Shown here piece by piece: positions 12,721-25,985 of a stretch of 64,000 nt of DNA. The notes below the pieces were generated by a model. That model did no database searches. It had not been told where the DNA came from and saw nothing but the letters and a program-made list of their open reading frames with translations. The DNA comes from Glaucostegus cemiculus. Lineage: Eukaryota. A program made the translations under genes and the position numbers. The stretch lies in NCBI GenBank assembly GCA_976551045.1, contig CDPCPM010000013.1:23374001-23438000 (forward strand). The letters run 5' to 3'. How positions within the stretch are numbered: the first letter of the stretch is position 1; every line of letters starts with the position of its first letter.

Positions 12721-14949
12721 TTGAAATACGTGAAATTTTGAGAGAGATTGACATTTAATCGGATTTTGAGAGGCTGATTCCTTTGGCTCAAGAGTCTAAA
12801 ATTATGGGGCATAGTTTCTGGAATAGGTGATCACCATATAGGACAGAGATAATGAGAAATGCTTATTCCAAAAGTTGTAAATTTTTGTATTTCTGTGACA
12901 CGTAGACAGTGGGTGCTCAGAGAGTCTGTCCAAAGCTGAGACAATTTGATAATTAGACTCTAAGGGACATGAGGCATGGCTAGCACTGAGAGAACATACA
13001 TAATCCTATAGAATATTGAAGCAGGCTTGCAGGCTCAATGACCTCTTCTCCCTCTTTTTTCCAATGTTCTGGTGTTCGTAAACCTACCTGTCTAAAAATT
13101 CATTGCCACAACAGCACCATAAAATGTGTTAAATTATAATTGTGCATGCTGCTCTGCTTCAAAGTTCGGTTCTATCAAAATCAATGGAAAGTACGGAGAA
13201 TGTCTAGCCCTGCCAGCCCGCCATGATTTTTTTAGACCATTATGTCCAACTCAAGGTATATTCTGCACTTCCAGAGCAAACCATTTGAAACCAGACCAGA
13301 CAGTTGTTAAAAGGAAGCAAATAAAGAACAATCTGGGGCTTTTACAATGTCAAAAGTATCACTAGAGGCACAGAAAAGGATCTGACTGAATGGCGACAGA
13401 ACACAGAAACTGCTCTTGCCTACAGCCTGTGGCTCCTGCTGCTCTACTACAGGGCACAAGGTCTCTCTGCAGCAGATGGATCAATAAATATTCAATTTAC
13501 AATGCATTTTACTTTGAAATGCAAATAATAATGTGGAACCATGTGTAAGTTCCTACCTTCTGTCATAGCACATACATGGTCATCTCCCACACGGTCACCT
13601 CCCACAAGAAGCAAACTCGGACATCAATGAGTTTAATTCCTTCACCAAATGTTATGATATAAGAGTCTGATACTCCTTATCACATTCTCCCTTCTGTAAA
13701 ACAGTGAATCTCTCTGCAGATTGAGCAGTCTCCAAGCCGTGTGCATCCAGCTGATTTGCCCTTAGCCTTTCAGTTGCCTTGGAGCTGTGCCTTTGTATTA
13801 CAAATGATCAACAAACCCTAAGCAGCAAACCGCTATGCCCGGGGCTGTAGTTATTACCATGGTTAAATTCATGAATTGGTCATGGTAAAAATATCATGAG
13901 TATCAAAAATTAAAGGAAGGAAAACTCACACTTGTGTTTTAACTGAAGCAAGCCAAATCTATTTTATCATAATTCACTTGTTGCCTTCTTGTTCTTGCTC
14001 TCTCCTGTTGGTCTTTGCCACCAGTGAGTTGAACTATGAGGAGAGGTTTAGGAAATATGGATTAGTCTGATTTGAACAAAATTATTTCACAGAGAGGCGC
14101 CAGAAATAATGCAAAGTGCTCATCAGGCACTGAGGATATTGCAAGGATTAGGAAAGGTTAATCTGGAACACTATTTCAAATTAAAACACACTTGATGACT
14201 AGTTGACATCTGTTTTGATGCTAGCGGGTATTTGTGCAAGGACTGATTAGTACCATCAATAGTTAGGCAATGGGATAGTGGAGGAAAAAACCTGGAGATA
14301 TTCAAGAGGTAATGAGATAGTTGACAGGATGATTGCAGATTTTCTTTAGAAAGATAAGCTTGATTGGTCAAATGACCCCTCTCATCTGTGCGTAACATTT
14401 GTGAGCTTTCTCTTCTGTATGTTCCTTTCACTCTTTCTTGATCCTTTATTTATGTTCTCTCTGCCCTTTATTCCCTTTTTCCTCATTTTAATTCCCCTAC
14501 TTTTAGTGTATTCTGTTGTACTTCACATTCATGGGTGTAGAGATGCAGCAATATTGTAGTTCAGTTGAATAAGCTTGCCATCATCTGTGTCCAAGCAGAT
14601 ACTAGTTAGAGACATTGTGGCTACACCATGTGAGGCTTAATGAAGCTTGCCTGGAATGATGAACTTTCTCAATTGGCTTCAATTCCTCCCTTTCTCCAAA
14701 GCCTTTTCTCACACTGGAACTTAGAAAACCAGGAATATTAAAAGGCCATGTGAACAAACAATGGAGTGGAGTTGGACTGATAACTGACTGAGAAAGGTCC
14801 AGTGTAGAGTTAAATAACTGAGTGATTTGTTTTTGTACTATCATATGCTATATTTATGCGAAATGAATCCCTTGGATTAACTTTTTAAATTATCTTTCTC
14901 TTTTTGGTTTGCAATCGTGTTTCTTCCTAACATTTTGTTCCAGTTATCG

Positions 14950-15290
14950 TTTAGCCACAGAAATAGAGTCGTGCAGCACAAAAACACACCGAGTCTGCAT
15001 TAACCATGAAACATCCATTTACATTAATCTCATTGTGTTCTCCCCATATTTCCATCAACACCCCCCAGATTCTACCACTCACATTCACATGAGGGGCAAT
15101 TTACAGCAGCCAATTAACCTACGAACCTGCACGTCTTTGGGAAGTGGAAGGAAACCAGAGCCTCTGGGAAACTTGTGTGGTCAGAAGGAGAACATGCAAG
15201 CTCACACTCTCAGCATCAGAGGTCATGATTGAAACAGTCCCTGAAACTGTGAGGCTGCAGATCCATGAGCTGCACCACTGTGCCACTATC
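14950..15290 (-). mobile_element. HE1-like V-SINE
   Basis: Antisense core ggggcaatttacagcagccaattaacctacgaacctgcacgtctttgggaagtggaaggaaaccagagc; ends gctgcaccactgtgcc. Confidence 0.8.
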
Positions 15291-18200
15291 CATCTTTGCA
15301 AGATAGAGAAAGTAGCGTCAGCTTTTACATTTGCACCCGTGCATTAATAGCCAACTATTTCTATTCTAAGCCGTCATGGCTTCATACACAGGACAGCAGT
15401 AGATGCATGTCATATTCATATAATTGTATTATTCCTATGTTTTTTTTCAAGAAACACTTGGGAAAGTAGCAATAAACAGTTGACATTTCTCCCCCTTCCC
15501 CCTCAGTGGCTGGCATAGATTATTCCTATGATTGCTAAATTACCACTCACAGAATTTGTGCTAAAATTTATGATTATTCAACAAGGAACATATTCATGTT
15601 CCAATTTTGTTTTTGCAAGTTGCTGGAAGTAAGCTTATGCATTGAAAAAAACATCATTATTTTGACTTTCTAGTTTAATTGAAGCCATTAAGCTCTGATT
15701 AATGTTTGGTACTAGCTGCTTTTAATTCCTCAAACCCAATGTCATCTGATACTACTGGTGATGGCAGATGCTGGTTGCATCCCAGCATCTGTTCTGTCAG
15801 ATTCAAGACTTCTTATTTTGCAGTAATCATACACAAACATTGACTTCAGTCAAGGTCTACAGCAGTAATTTGACCCAGGAGCCAAAGTAGGCAGGAATGA
15901 ATTGAATCTCCAAACCAAACGCCACGGCATTGTTGTATCTGCAAGGTCATGTCTGTAATTTGAGGGGAATAGTTTTTATCTTGCCAGACAAAAATTGTAT
16001 TCAATATTTGTTTGCTGATACCCTTCAGCCAACCCATTGTTTGGAAATCTATCTCACTGTATTTTTCTCAGGCTATGTTTAATTTCTGCTTTGTAACATC
16101 AGATTGCAGATGGCAGTTAACGATTTAGCTCAACTCAATGGCATATGTAAAAGTGACACTTTGTTCAAGGGTATAATAAATCTAATACATTTACCTGTAG
16201 CTAGGTTGCATAAAATGAGATGGCACTCCAGTTTTCTAATATTGCAATAATTCAATTGTTAGTGTTTTAATAGAAAGTAACCCAACAATTTAACTTGTAT
16301 GTAACAATTATATGATGCCTGAAAAATGGATTTCATTGCAATTCTCTCACAGCCCTGGAGGAAGAGATTGTGTTAATAAATCTAATGTCTAGTACTTGAG
16401 GTTCACCCTATATAGGAAGCTGAATGGGAGCTTTATGTTGCACCAGTTCCTAATCTGGTGGCATGCACATTCAAGAAAAGAGCAAAAAATATCTTTAAAA
16501 ATCAAAAGGGTAGTTTATACCTAGGTTCATGCAGAAAACTTTATCTAGATGGCTCCCAAGATCACAATTGCCCTGTCATTCCCACTGTGAAGCACAGAAA
16601 AGCTGTTAGAGCTCAAAGAACCTCTTTTTGTGACAACCATGATGCAGCTACAGATAGCTGCCGTGAAAGTGAAGGGGAACATTGGGTAGGAGAGATGTGT
16701 GTCTTCAGCATATCTGTCACCTTACCCTTCCTTTCCCCCAGACATATGTCTGCCACTGTAAGATCACAGTGTGCATCTCTCCTGTGAATTGTGTAGAAGG
16801 ATTGCTATAAGTTATGAGACAGCAAGTAATGGTGTTAAAAACTAAGGTTGACACCTGCAAGGAACCTTACATCCATGGAAAAAGGGAGCCCTTTAAGTTA
16901 TGTCTTCTTGCCAAACTGCAATTGGGTTTTGCTCTCTTTATTGTGAGCTATAAGACTGGGTCATGGGTCACATCCTTTATATCCAACTTCTGTGTTAAAT
17001 GTCAATATGGCTGCTGCTCATTGAATAACATTAGAAGACGTGTGTCTGATGCTGGGAAAATCTCAGCAGTGCTGAGAGGAATCATATCTGCACGTGCTCA
17101 AGCCAGTCTCCCGACAGTCACTAATCAACCTGGAGATGATCAGAGCAATCTAATGAAGGTTAAATAGATGTTTCTATGTGTCCTGCCCATAAGGAATTTA
17201 TGCCAATGTGTTCAATTTCAAGGCACAAATATCATTTTTTCACTGGAATTTGGGAGTTTTAGGAGTATTTGTCCATCATTCTGAGATGTATTTGCGAAAA
17301 ATACAGAAATGTAACCTGGGTTTAAGTAATATTAGCATTGATCAGTGTTGCTGAAATGTTGTTGCTATGTAACACAGGTCTGTGGCACTAATGGGATGAA
17401 AAAAACGTAATGATAAAATGCACATTAATTAAAGAAAGCAGCACCAGTTCAAGACTGAAATCTCCAGCCTCCAAACTAATCAGTTCAGAGAGGCACTGCA
17501 TCCTGTCCAACAAACAGCTCCTCTCATCATCCATGTTCATGCAAGCATTCTTTACCCAGTGCCAGCTTAATTTTACTCAGACATCGTGCATCCCTCTAGA
17601 CCAACTAAACTGGCTCCCTCCTTCCACTTTTACATGTGAAGCTGGCACTCCCTCTCACTTCCTCCTACTTAAAACAGAGAATTTATTGACAGCACTGTGA
17701 AAGCCATTGAGTTAAAGGGATTGTAAATCTGAAAGTAGAATTTCCAGCAAACAATACATCAGAAAACATCCATGAAGCGAAGCCATGAATTTTCTACCCA
17801 GGCAATGGACCCCTCACCAAAGCAGAAGGTTACAACAGAAAGATAAAGCCCCACTCCCCTTCAACATTGTTCAGTCAGCCCCTTTTATAACAATCTTTTT
17901 CTACAATTTTATTGCCATCTTGTAATTCATTGAGTTCACTGGACTGGGTCTCCCTGTCTTCTCAACATTCTCACAACTCTGTCACAGGGGCAGAGTTACA
18001 TTTGAAGCCAGTTTCTGCTTTGTCTTCAATTGAAAGGAATTGGACCACTCGTAGTAAATGTAAAATCTGTACAGCAATCATAGATACTCAAACTTGAGTT
18101 GGAGAACTACAGCTAATCCCTTTTGCTGTTCATACAACGTTATTAATCTGTTTTGATTTCTCTTCCATAAATCTGCTGTAATTACTGAGCTGCTACAGGC

Positions 18201-18619
18201 ATTTATTACATTATTCTGCCCAGCTAGAGGAACAGATTGTTTTTAGTTTTGTCTTACTTTCCATAAGTGTAAATTGTGCTCCATAAACACTTGTAAACTA
18301 ATCTCGCATTTACAGCCTGTGCAGTCGTCTTGACTTCTAATGTATTGGCAGCTGTTGTATGTGGATTACGATTCACCTCAAATGAACTGTAGCTCCTTTT
18401 CAATTCGTCACGTTCTCTGTCCTCTGTGCTTATTGTCAAACTATCTTTCCTTAATCTCTCCCTTCACACAGATTCCCAAACCCACATTCACAGTCACCCC
18501 TTTACCTTGTCATCTCATGTAGCATATTACTCCTATACCACTAATTTCTTCACATTTAAAGCAACCTCTGATCATTTCCCTGTATTGCACTCCACCCACA
18601 TACAACTGTACAGGGCAAT

Positions 18620-18900
18620 AATAAGACCAGACATAAAATAATGCATCAGTTTTGGTCTCCATATTTAAGGATCAATGTAGTTACATTGGATACAATGTAG
18701 AGAAGGTTTACCAGGTTAGTTTTTAGGATAAAGCAGTTGAGTTATGATCAAAAGGGATGGACGCACATTCAATGTAATTTAGAACAATGAAAAGTTATAT
18801 ATTGAAATATACTAGATTTTGGAACGAGGTAGATTCTGAATGGCAAAGCGTGCTGAGGAGTCATAAACTGACTCCTTGCTCCTATTTCTTATATTCTTTC
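18620..18900 (+). mobile_element. Decayed CR1 LINE 3' fragment
   Basis: cagttttggtctccatattta..ggat..gagaaggtttaccagg (QFWSP..RRFTR-type region) and tail actccttgctcctatttcttat. Confidence 0.55.
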
Positions 18901-19427
18901 ACCCTTCTCCCTCCTAATCCTCCTTATTTCTGTGTCCACTCAAGTTTAAAGGCTCTTTCCCAATTCACATATATCCATGTGCTTATGAAATCTGAGCTGT
19001 CTAACTTTTGGTCCTTTATTCACTCTGGAACTACAGTATTGTTCGACACCCATGCCTCCACCATAGATAAATTATTAGAAAGTCATCTTCTCTCAGTGTG
19101 GCCACTCCCCCAGTTCAGACCATGAAAGAGTTGATAGAAAGTGCCAGAAGATGTATACTGGGGACTCTGAATTCCATGAAACCCATTCTGTGCCTCTTCA
19201 TCCCTATTCCCACCAAATTGTTGACCATCCAACTTCTCTTCCTGGTCTCCATATTGGTGGTCCCATCACTGATCCCTGTAGTACCCCACTGATCACAGGC
19301 TTCCAATAAAATATGCATCCTGCCACCACCACCCTCTGCCTCTCATCACCAAGCAAATTTTGAATCTAATTAGGCAGCTCTCCTTGGACCCCATGTGCCT
19401 TAACCTTCTGGACCAACTTACCATGAG

Positions 19428-19590
19428 ATAAGGTATCTTTATTAGTCACACGTACATCGAAACACACAGTCAAATGCATCTTTTTGCATAGAGTGTTCTG
19501 GGGGCAGCCCGCAAGTGTCGCCACCTTCTGGTGCCAACAGAGCATGCCCACAGCTTCCTAACCCATACATCTTTGGAATGTGGGAGGAAG
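19428..19590 (-). mobile_element. 5'-truncated SINE, same subfamily as 7356-7648, inside a decayed CR1 fragment
   Basis: ctttattagtcacacgtacatcgaaacacacagt...ctgggggcagcccgcaagtgtcgcc...gcatgcccaca...catctttggaatgtgggaggaa is the reverse complement of the 3' half of the 7356 copy. Confidence 0.85.
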
Positions 19591-21266
19591 CCCTTGTCAA
19601 GTTACTTACTAAAGCCCATTTAGACAAAGTTTACTACCCTACCATCATAAATCTTCTTAATTACCCAAGGGCATTTTGTTACATTAATGTTTTATAGAGA
19701 TACAAATTGCTGTTGTAATCCATGCAAAGGATGAAAGCTGAAAGCATGAAATGTAGTTACCACTTTTAGCACAATCGGCAATTCTAGCACAAATTCCAAA
19801 CAAAATTGCAGCGTTTTGGAAAATATCCTGATTATACTGCCGCATTCCTGTTGTCTGCACCTCCCAACATGGTCACCATGCATTCACACTATCCTCCTCC
19901 AAATCCGGAAGGCTAGTCCTTCTTGGTCAGGCAGTCCCCTAATCAAGCAAGGAGATCCTGAGCAACAGCAAGATCTCAATCATTGCAATAGAGTGACCTG
20001 GGTGGGCAGAGGTGTCCCACTCACAGAACTCCTCTGAAATTGTCAAAGTATTTCAAAACTATTTTTAAAAAATGTAAAGAATTAAATATACTAAGAATTC
20101 CTCTATTTGCAAAAAAAAAGAAAATCAACCAAAACACTTTTCCATAACTAAAACCATTAACAAACAACAAATTTTCGCTTGGCTGATTTCCATTTGACTT
20201 CTTTCCCTGCCACTCTACAATCCCTATTGAAATCAGTGGACTCATGATCCTACACTAGGTCTGACCCGAAGTCAAGGGTTGGAGGGTTGATGGAAAGGGG
20301 TAGAACTTTGCCTGTGTATTGGGGACCTCTGAATTCCATGAGACATTGCAGGGAGCTCCAGCCCATTCTTTCCCCAGAGCTTCCATCAGAGCTCTCAGTT
20401 GTTCATTGCCATGAAGTAGTACAATTAAGTCACATTGTTTCAAGAACTAATTTTGATTTACTGTCACTTGAAAATGAATCCTTTACCCTGGGAGTAGGGT
20501 GGACTTCCAGCATGATTTTCAAAGCTAACACAAAAAATTATGGAAACTTAGTTTACACTGAACATAATTTGCATTTATAATTCCAGAATTTGTTTTCAGT
20601 TTATGGCAATTTTGGCTGAATCAGCCAGAAAGTGCAGCACAATAGAACAGGAACTCAATCCCCAATGTGCACTGATCCAAACCAGTTCTAAGTATGTTAA
20701 GATACTCCCAGAAGCTGAGAATCCGAATTCTCCAATGAAATCGCAAACAACATTTGCTTTGACATCTGGCTGCATTGGGCCCAGGGGGTAAAACAAAAAC
20801 TGTTGGGACCTTGAATATCTGCATCCTGTGACTGGAGTGCCTTCTGGCATTAGCATCAGTTCAGGTGGCAAACAAATCAATTAAAAATGTCATTACAGTG
20901 TACAGTTGGCATAAACATTGCAAGACTTTACATTCATTAACTGCATTATTTATTTCATACAGAATCCTAATGTATTATTGGAAGTTCTGCAGTATAACTG
21001 AAGATAAATGAACCTAATGTGTTTTATGTTTAAAGCTCAAAAGTCAATTCCATGGTGAAGTGCTTCCAATATACTTTGTTGTTTGGTTGCAAACCTGGAA
21101 TGAATTTTAACATTACAGCAATAATAAATATTTCTAAAAGTGGTTCCTAAAAAGGGAATATGATTTATGATTTTTTAGCTTTGAATTTCATTTTAACTAA
21201 TGTTACTATGTAAAATGCAAACCTGCAATACAAAAAGAATATTAATACTAAACAACCTGATAGGTA

Positions 21267-22408
21267 CAGTGGCATGCAAAAGTTTGGGCACCCCGGTCAA
21301 AATTTCTATTACTGTAAATAGTTAAGTGAGTAGAAGATGAACTAATCTCCAAAAGTCATAAAGTTAAAGATGAAACATTCTTTTAAACGTTTTAAGCAAG
21401 ATTAGTTGTTTTATTTTTGTTTTGTACAAATTTAGAGTGAAAAAAGGAAAGGAACACCATGCAAACGTTTGGGCACCCAAAGAAACTTCAGCTCTCAGAT
21501 AACTTTAACAAGGTTTCAGACCTTCATTAGCTTGTTAGGGCTATGGCTTGTTCACAGTCATTGTTAGGAAAGGCCAGGTGGTGCATAATTTCAAAGCTTT
21601 ATAAATTCCCTGACTCCTCAAACCTTGTCCCAACAATCATCAGCCATGGGCTCCTCTAAGCAGCTGCCTAGCACTCTGAAAATTAAAATAAATTACACCC
21701 ACAAAGCAAGAGAAGGCTATAGGAAGATAGCAAAGCGTTTTCAGGCAGCCATTTCGTCAGTTTATAATGTAATTAAGAAATGGCAGTTAACAGGAATGGT
21801 GGAGGTCAAGACCTTCAGGAAGATTTAGCAGACTCTGGAGTGGTGGTGCACTGTTCTACTGTGCAGTGACACCTGCACAAATATGATCTTCATGGAAGAG
21901 TCATCAGAAGAAAACCTTTCCTGCGTCCTCATCACAAAATTCAGCATCACAAGTTAGCAAAAGGAACATCTAAACAAGCTTGACGCATTTTGGAAACAAG
22001 TCCTGTGGATTGATGATGTTAAAATAGATCTTTTTGGTCACAATGAGTAAAGGTATGCTTGGAGAAAAAAGGGTGGAGAATTTCATGAAAAGAACACCTC
22101 TCCAACTGTTAAGCACAGGGGTGGATCGATCATGCTTTGGGCTTGTGTTGTAGCCAATGGCATGGGGAACATTTCACTGGTAGAGGGAAGAATGAATTCA
22201 ATTAAATACCAGCAAATTCTGGAAGCAAACAATACACCGTCTGCAAAAAAGCTGAAGATAAAAAGAGGATGGCTTCTACAACAGGATAACAATCCTAAAG
22301 AAAACCTCAAAATCCATAATGGATGACCTCAAGAGGCACAAACTGAAGGTTTTGCCATGGCCCTCACGGTCCCCTGACCAGGGGTGCCCAAACTTTTGCA
22401 TGCCACTG
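21267..22408 (+). mobile_element. Tc1/mariner DNA transposon, IR/DR type, internally deleted (1142 bp)
   Basis: TA at 21265-66 and 22409-10. Perfect 28-bp TIRs cagtggcatgcaaaagtttgggcacccc / ggggtgcccaaacttttgcatgccactg. Inner direct repeat catgcaaacgtttgggcaccc at 21458-21478. Transposase remnants lie inside. Confidence 0.97.
21646..22378 (+). pseudogene. Tc1 transposase pseudogene
   Basis: MGSSKQL..EGYRKIAKRF (HTH), GRVIRRKPFL, FWKQVLWIDD, TVKHRGGSIMLWAC, WLLQQDNNPK, WPSRSPD. Contains stops, frameshifts and deletions; the C-terminus with the third catalytic residue is absent. Confidence 0.92.
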
Positions 22409-24779
22409 TAAATCAGAGCATAATATTAAAGGGCATCTTTCAGTCTGCCATTGTAACAGATGTGTTAGCCCATTGCTAGAACCACCAATAATCAGCAGAG
22501 AGATAACTATCACGAGGAATGTGCAAAAAATTCCATCTAGTATTGCTACCGACAGTTATCTATGGTGACCAGTGCTATTTTGATTATCGAATAAGATTTA
22601 TTTCTTGTTCTAGAAATAAACAGCATTCCTATCTTCTGTTGTCAAATTGTTAAAGTTCATTAAAAATTTACTTGTAGTAACAGACAAATGTTCACAGACA
22701 GACCTGATCGTCTCCATTCGATCACTGATAATTGTTCATTATTAGTTATTAGCAGCTCCATTTATTATTACTGGCAATTTACATTTCACCATGAATGGTG
22801 AAGAGTATTTTCTACATCACTGCCAGTTCAAAGTTGCAACGTCCATTACAACTCATCACAAAAGATCAACAATTCCAATCATGCATCACAGTAATCCTTT
22901 GATTTTGGTTTCACTTCATGCATGATTAAAGATCCAGGTTCACTGTTTGGAAATGTTCCAACCTATTTGCTAAACAATTCGCAAACACAACGTGTTGTAT
23001 TTTAAATAGTTGTTATATTTTAATTTGGTGACAAAAAGCTTTAGAACCAGTGTAATCAGTTATCATGAATAAAACATAAGCTAAACAAAGCAGGCACATG
23101 ATCCAGGCAAAAACAATGTCACTAAAGTAGATCATATTACAAATTTGACAGCAATATACTTGTGCATTTCTGTGACTTATCCTTCTTCACTATTTTGAAT
23201 CTTCCAAGCCACAGCCTCATTTGTAAAGTTCTCCACCATTCAGTTAAGACAGAAACTTGAGCTAAGATATTTAAACCTCTTGAAGCTATTTCTGATTTGC
23301 CTGTTTTCTGCCACAGACCACTAGCCTATCCAAGGCTTTGAAATTCATACATGGTTAAATAATAGTTGTTTGCAAGTCTTCCTGCTTTTAGAACCTGCCT
23401 TTTTTACACTTGAAATCCTATTGTAAAATTTCATGAAATCCTTCTCGTGCTTCTAGTATCGTGGGAATGTCTGAATAAAGCCTTCAGAACTTTCCCACCA
23501 TCTCCATTTTAAGATCACTTAACTTCTATGTTCATATTTTGCCTTACTTCCTATCTCTTATCAATTCCTTTCCATTCTGTTTATCATTGATGTATTTACC
23601 CTTTCTACCATAAATGTACAATCATTCACTGACGGGAGAAAAATACATCTTTTACATCTTAGCATCACTTGAAAAATGCTTTCTCAGGCTGAGATGCTAT
23701 TTCAAAATCTTATAACTTGTTAATAACTTAAAATCTTAAAAGCTAACTTGACTATCAACATTTGCCTTTAATTTTAATACCCTTTTGTGATCTAAATTCA
23801 TATTTCCATAACTGAATATGTGTCTTTCTCCCTCATTGTTATGTTTCATTATTTAATCATTCTGCAACAACATAACCAATGGTATTGGTCATGCTGCTCA
23901 TTCAACTTAAAATTAATCCCTAATTATCCACATTATACCCAATATCCATTTATCCACAACTGAAAAACATTTAGGATCAGAAGTTCTGTTGCCCTGTGAT
24001 CAGTGGTTGTGTGCCCTGGACTGCACTGTTTCTTTCAGTAAGTCTGAAGCCCACAGCCTTCCATGGGAGGCTGTCTCCCGAATGATGAAGAGACCCAGGG
24101 CAGCACAGATGTCTTCTTATCGTAACTGGCCAGCTGCACTCATGAAACATCTTTGACTGCCAGCAGTGCCCTACCAGTAAGCTCATCATCCATCAAAACT
24201 GTTGCTGTGGTCAAATGTTTATAAATGATTTTGATATTCTCAACGTTGAAGATCACTGGGGACTTGTTAAAAATAAAAGCTATTTTAAGATAATATAAAT
24301 TATCAAAACAAAATTAAAGAATGTAAAGACTAACCCACAGATTCTCACACAAGCAGTGTCTTAATGGCATCAAATAAAAAGCTTCACTTACCTTTCACCC
24401 AATGGCTGATTTCTCCAAATGATTTTAATAAGATTGCTGCCCTGGTGCCAGGTCTAGGATCCCAGAGCTAGTGCTCCGCTCAACACAAGGCTGCACCTCA
24501 GACTTTGATTTAGTGATGGATTTACCTGCCAGCAAATTCAGGTGGCTCTCAACAGAATATCTGCCCCAACCTAACATTACACTCTGTGAGAGCATTTGAA
24601 CAAGCACAGAGAACACTTACAGGGAAATAGCCAGAGATATTTGTGAGATGAAACTCACAAAAAGATTATTTTCTTTCAAGCAAAAGAAGTTGGGAAGCGA
24701 TAGATCAAAGTTTACACACGATCATCAAGCAAACATAACATGGAGACAAATTTCAGAAGGAGTTTGGTTCACAATCCCT

Positions 24780-25985
24780 GCTTGTTGACAGTTCAGGGCT
24801 TTAGTGAGGTTGAAAAAGCCCATGTGTAGTGGTTGATGTGCTCCCTGCATTTCTGCTGGATGTGTCATGTGATAAAGATCACCCCCATTGTACCTCTAGA
24901 TGGATGGAACCCACCTTGCAATTCAGGGAGTGGGCCAATGGGAGGAAGTAGGTGAGTTTGACCCTGGCAGTGACTTTATCTATGGCAAATAGCAAGGTGA
25001 CCGCTCTCATTATTGCAGTTGGGTTAGTCTCCTTTCTTGAAGATGGTGATAATTGCGGTATCTTTGAGGTTCCCTGGCATATCATCCTATTCCCAGATAT
25101 GGGCAATGAGGTCATGGATTTAGACAATGTCCTCGCTGTCACGTTTGTGGATTTTAGCAGGAATACTGCCTGTTCCTCAGGCTTTATTTTAAGTTGGCAC
25201 CTTTAAGTTTGCTTCTTTATAACACCCTTTGTCAGTCAGGTATGGCAGCAATGTTGGATCAGATAGATTGCTGTGGGATGGAGATAAGAGTGCTCAGGTC
25301 AAGGGAAGAGTCACAGTTGAGCAGATTTTGAAGTGTTCCTCCCAGGGGGTGCTGTCTGCCTTTTTGCCACCTTTGTTCATTCCTCTCAGTGGGTGGGGCC
25401 TTAGTTGTTCAGGCTTGAGATAGTCTTGACCATGCTGAAGAATCTGGACATGTAATAGTTACCTGCAAATCACTGAAGCTTCTCTGTTGTTCCCACACAC
25501 CATCTGTTCTTTTGTTCACCAACTGTAGGACCTTAGCCTTCAGGTGCCCATGGAGCTTTTCCTTTTCACTTAGGCACGATGCACATTCAAATCATTGAAA
25601 TGTCTTATGTTTGTGGTTAGCTTCTAGATCTCTTGGTCATTCTCATCAAACCAGAGCTGGTTATTTCTGATAGAGAAACAAATAGACTCTTCCTAGATGC
25701 TAAATATGGTGAATTTCAGGGCAATGCAGATGCTGAAGGCATTCTGTGCCTCCATTTTGACAGTCGACAATTTTCTTTGTGGAGTCTTTAAGAGCTTAAG
25801 CAATCATCTTCTTCTGGCAATGCTTTTGTTAACACTGCTGTTTTAGGGTCAAGTTGATGGAGATAACAGAGTGGATCAGATGATGGTCAGTTCAATGGAC
25901 ATTAGTGCCTCTAATGGCATGGCTGATATGGCATCTTTCTCACTTGGGCGATGACGTAACTTGACAGGTACCAGGTTACATATGC
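24780..25985 (-). mobile_element. RTE-clade LINE fragment (endonuclease end to RT start), decayed
   Basis: The minus strand translates TDHHLIHS near 25890 and PELQGGFHPSRGTMGVIFIT*HIQQKCRE / HQPLHMGFFNLTKAL at ~24930-24797. This resembles the RTE motif PESQCGFR..RGT.DMIF..RQ.QEKCRE...F.DLTKAFD. Confidence 0.85.
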
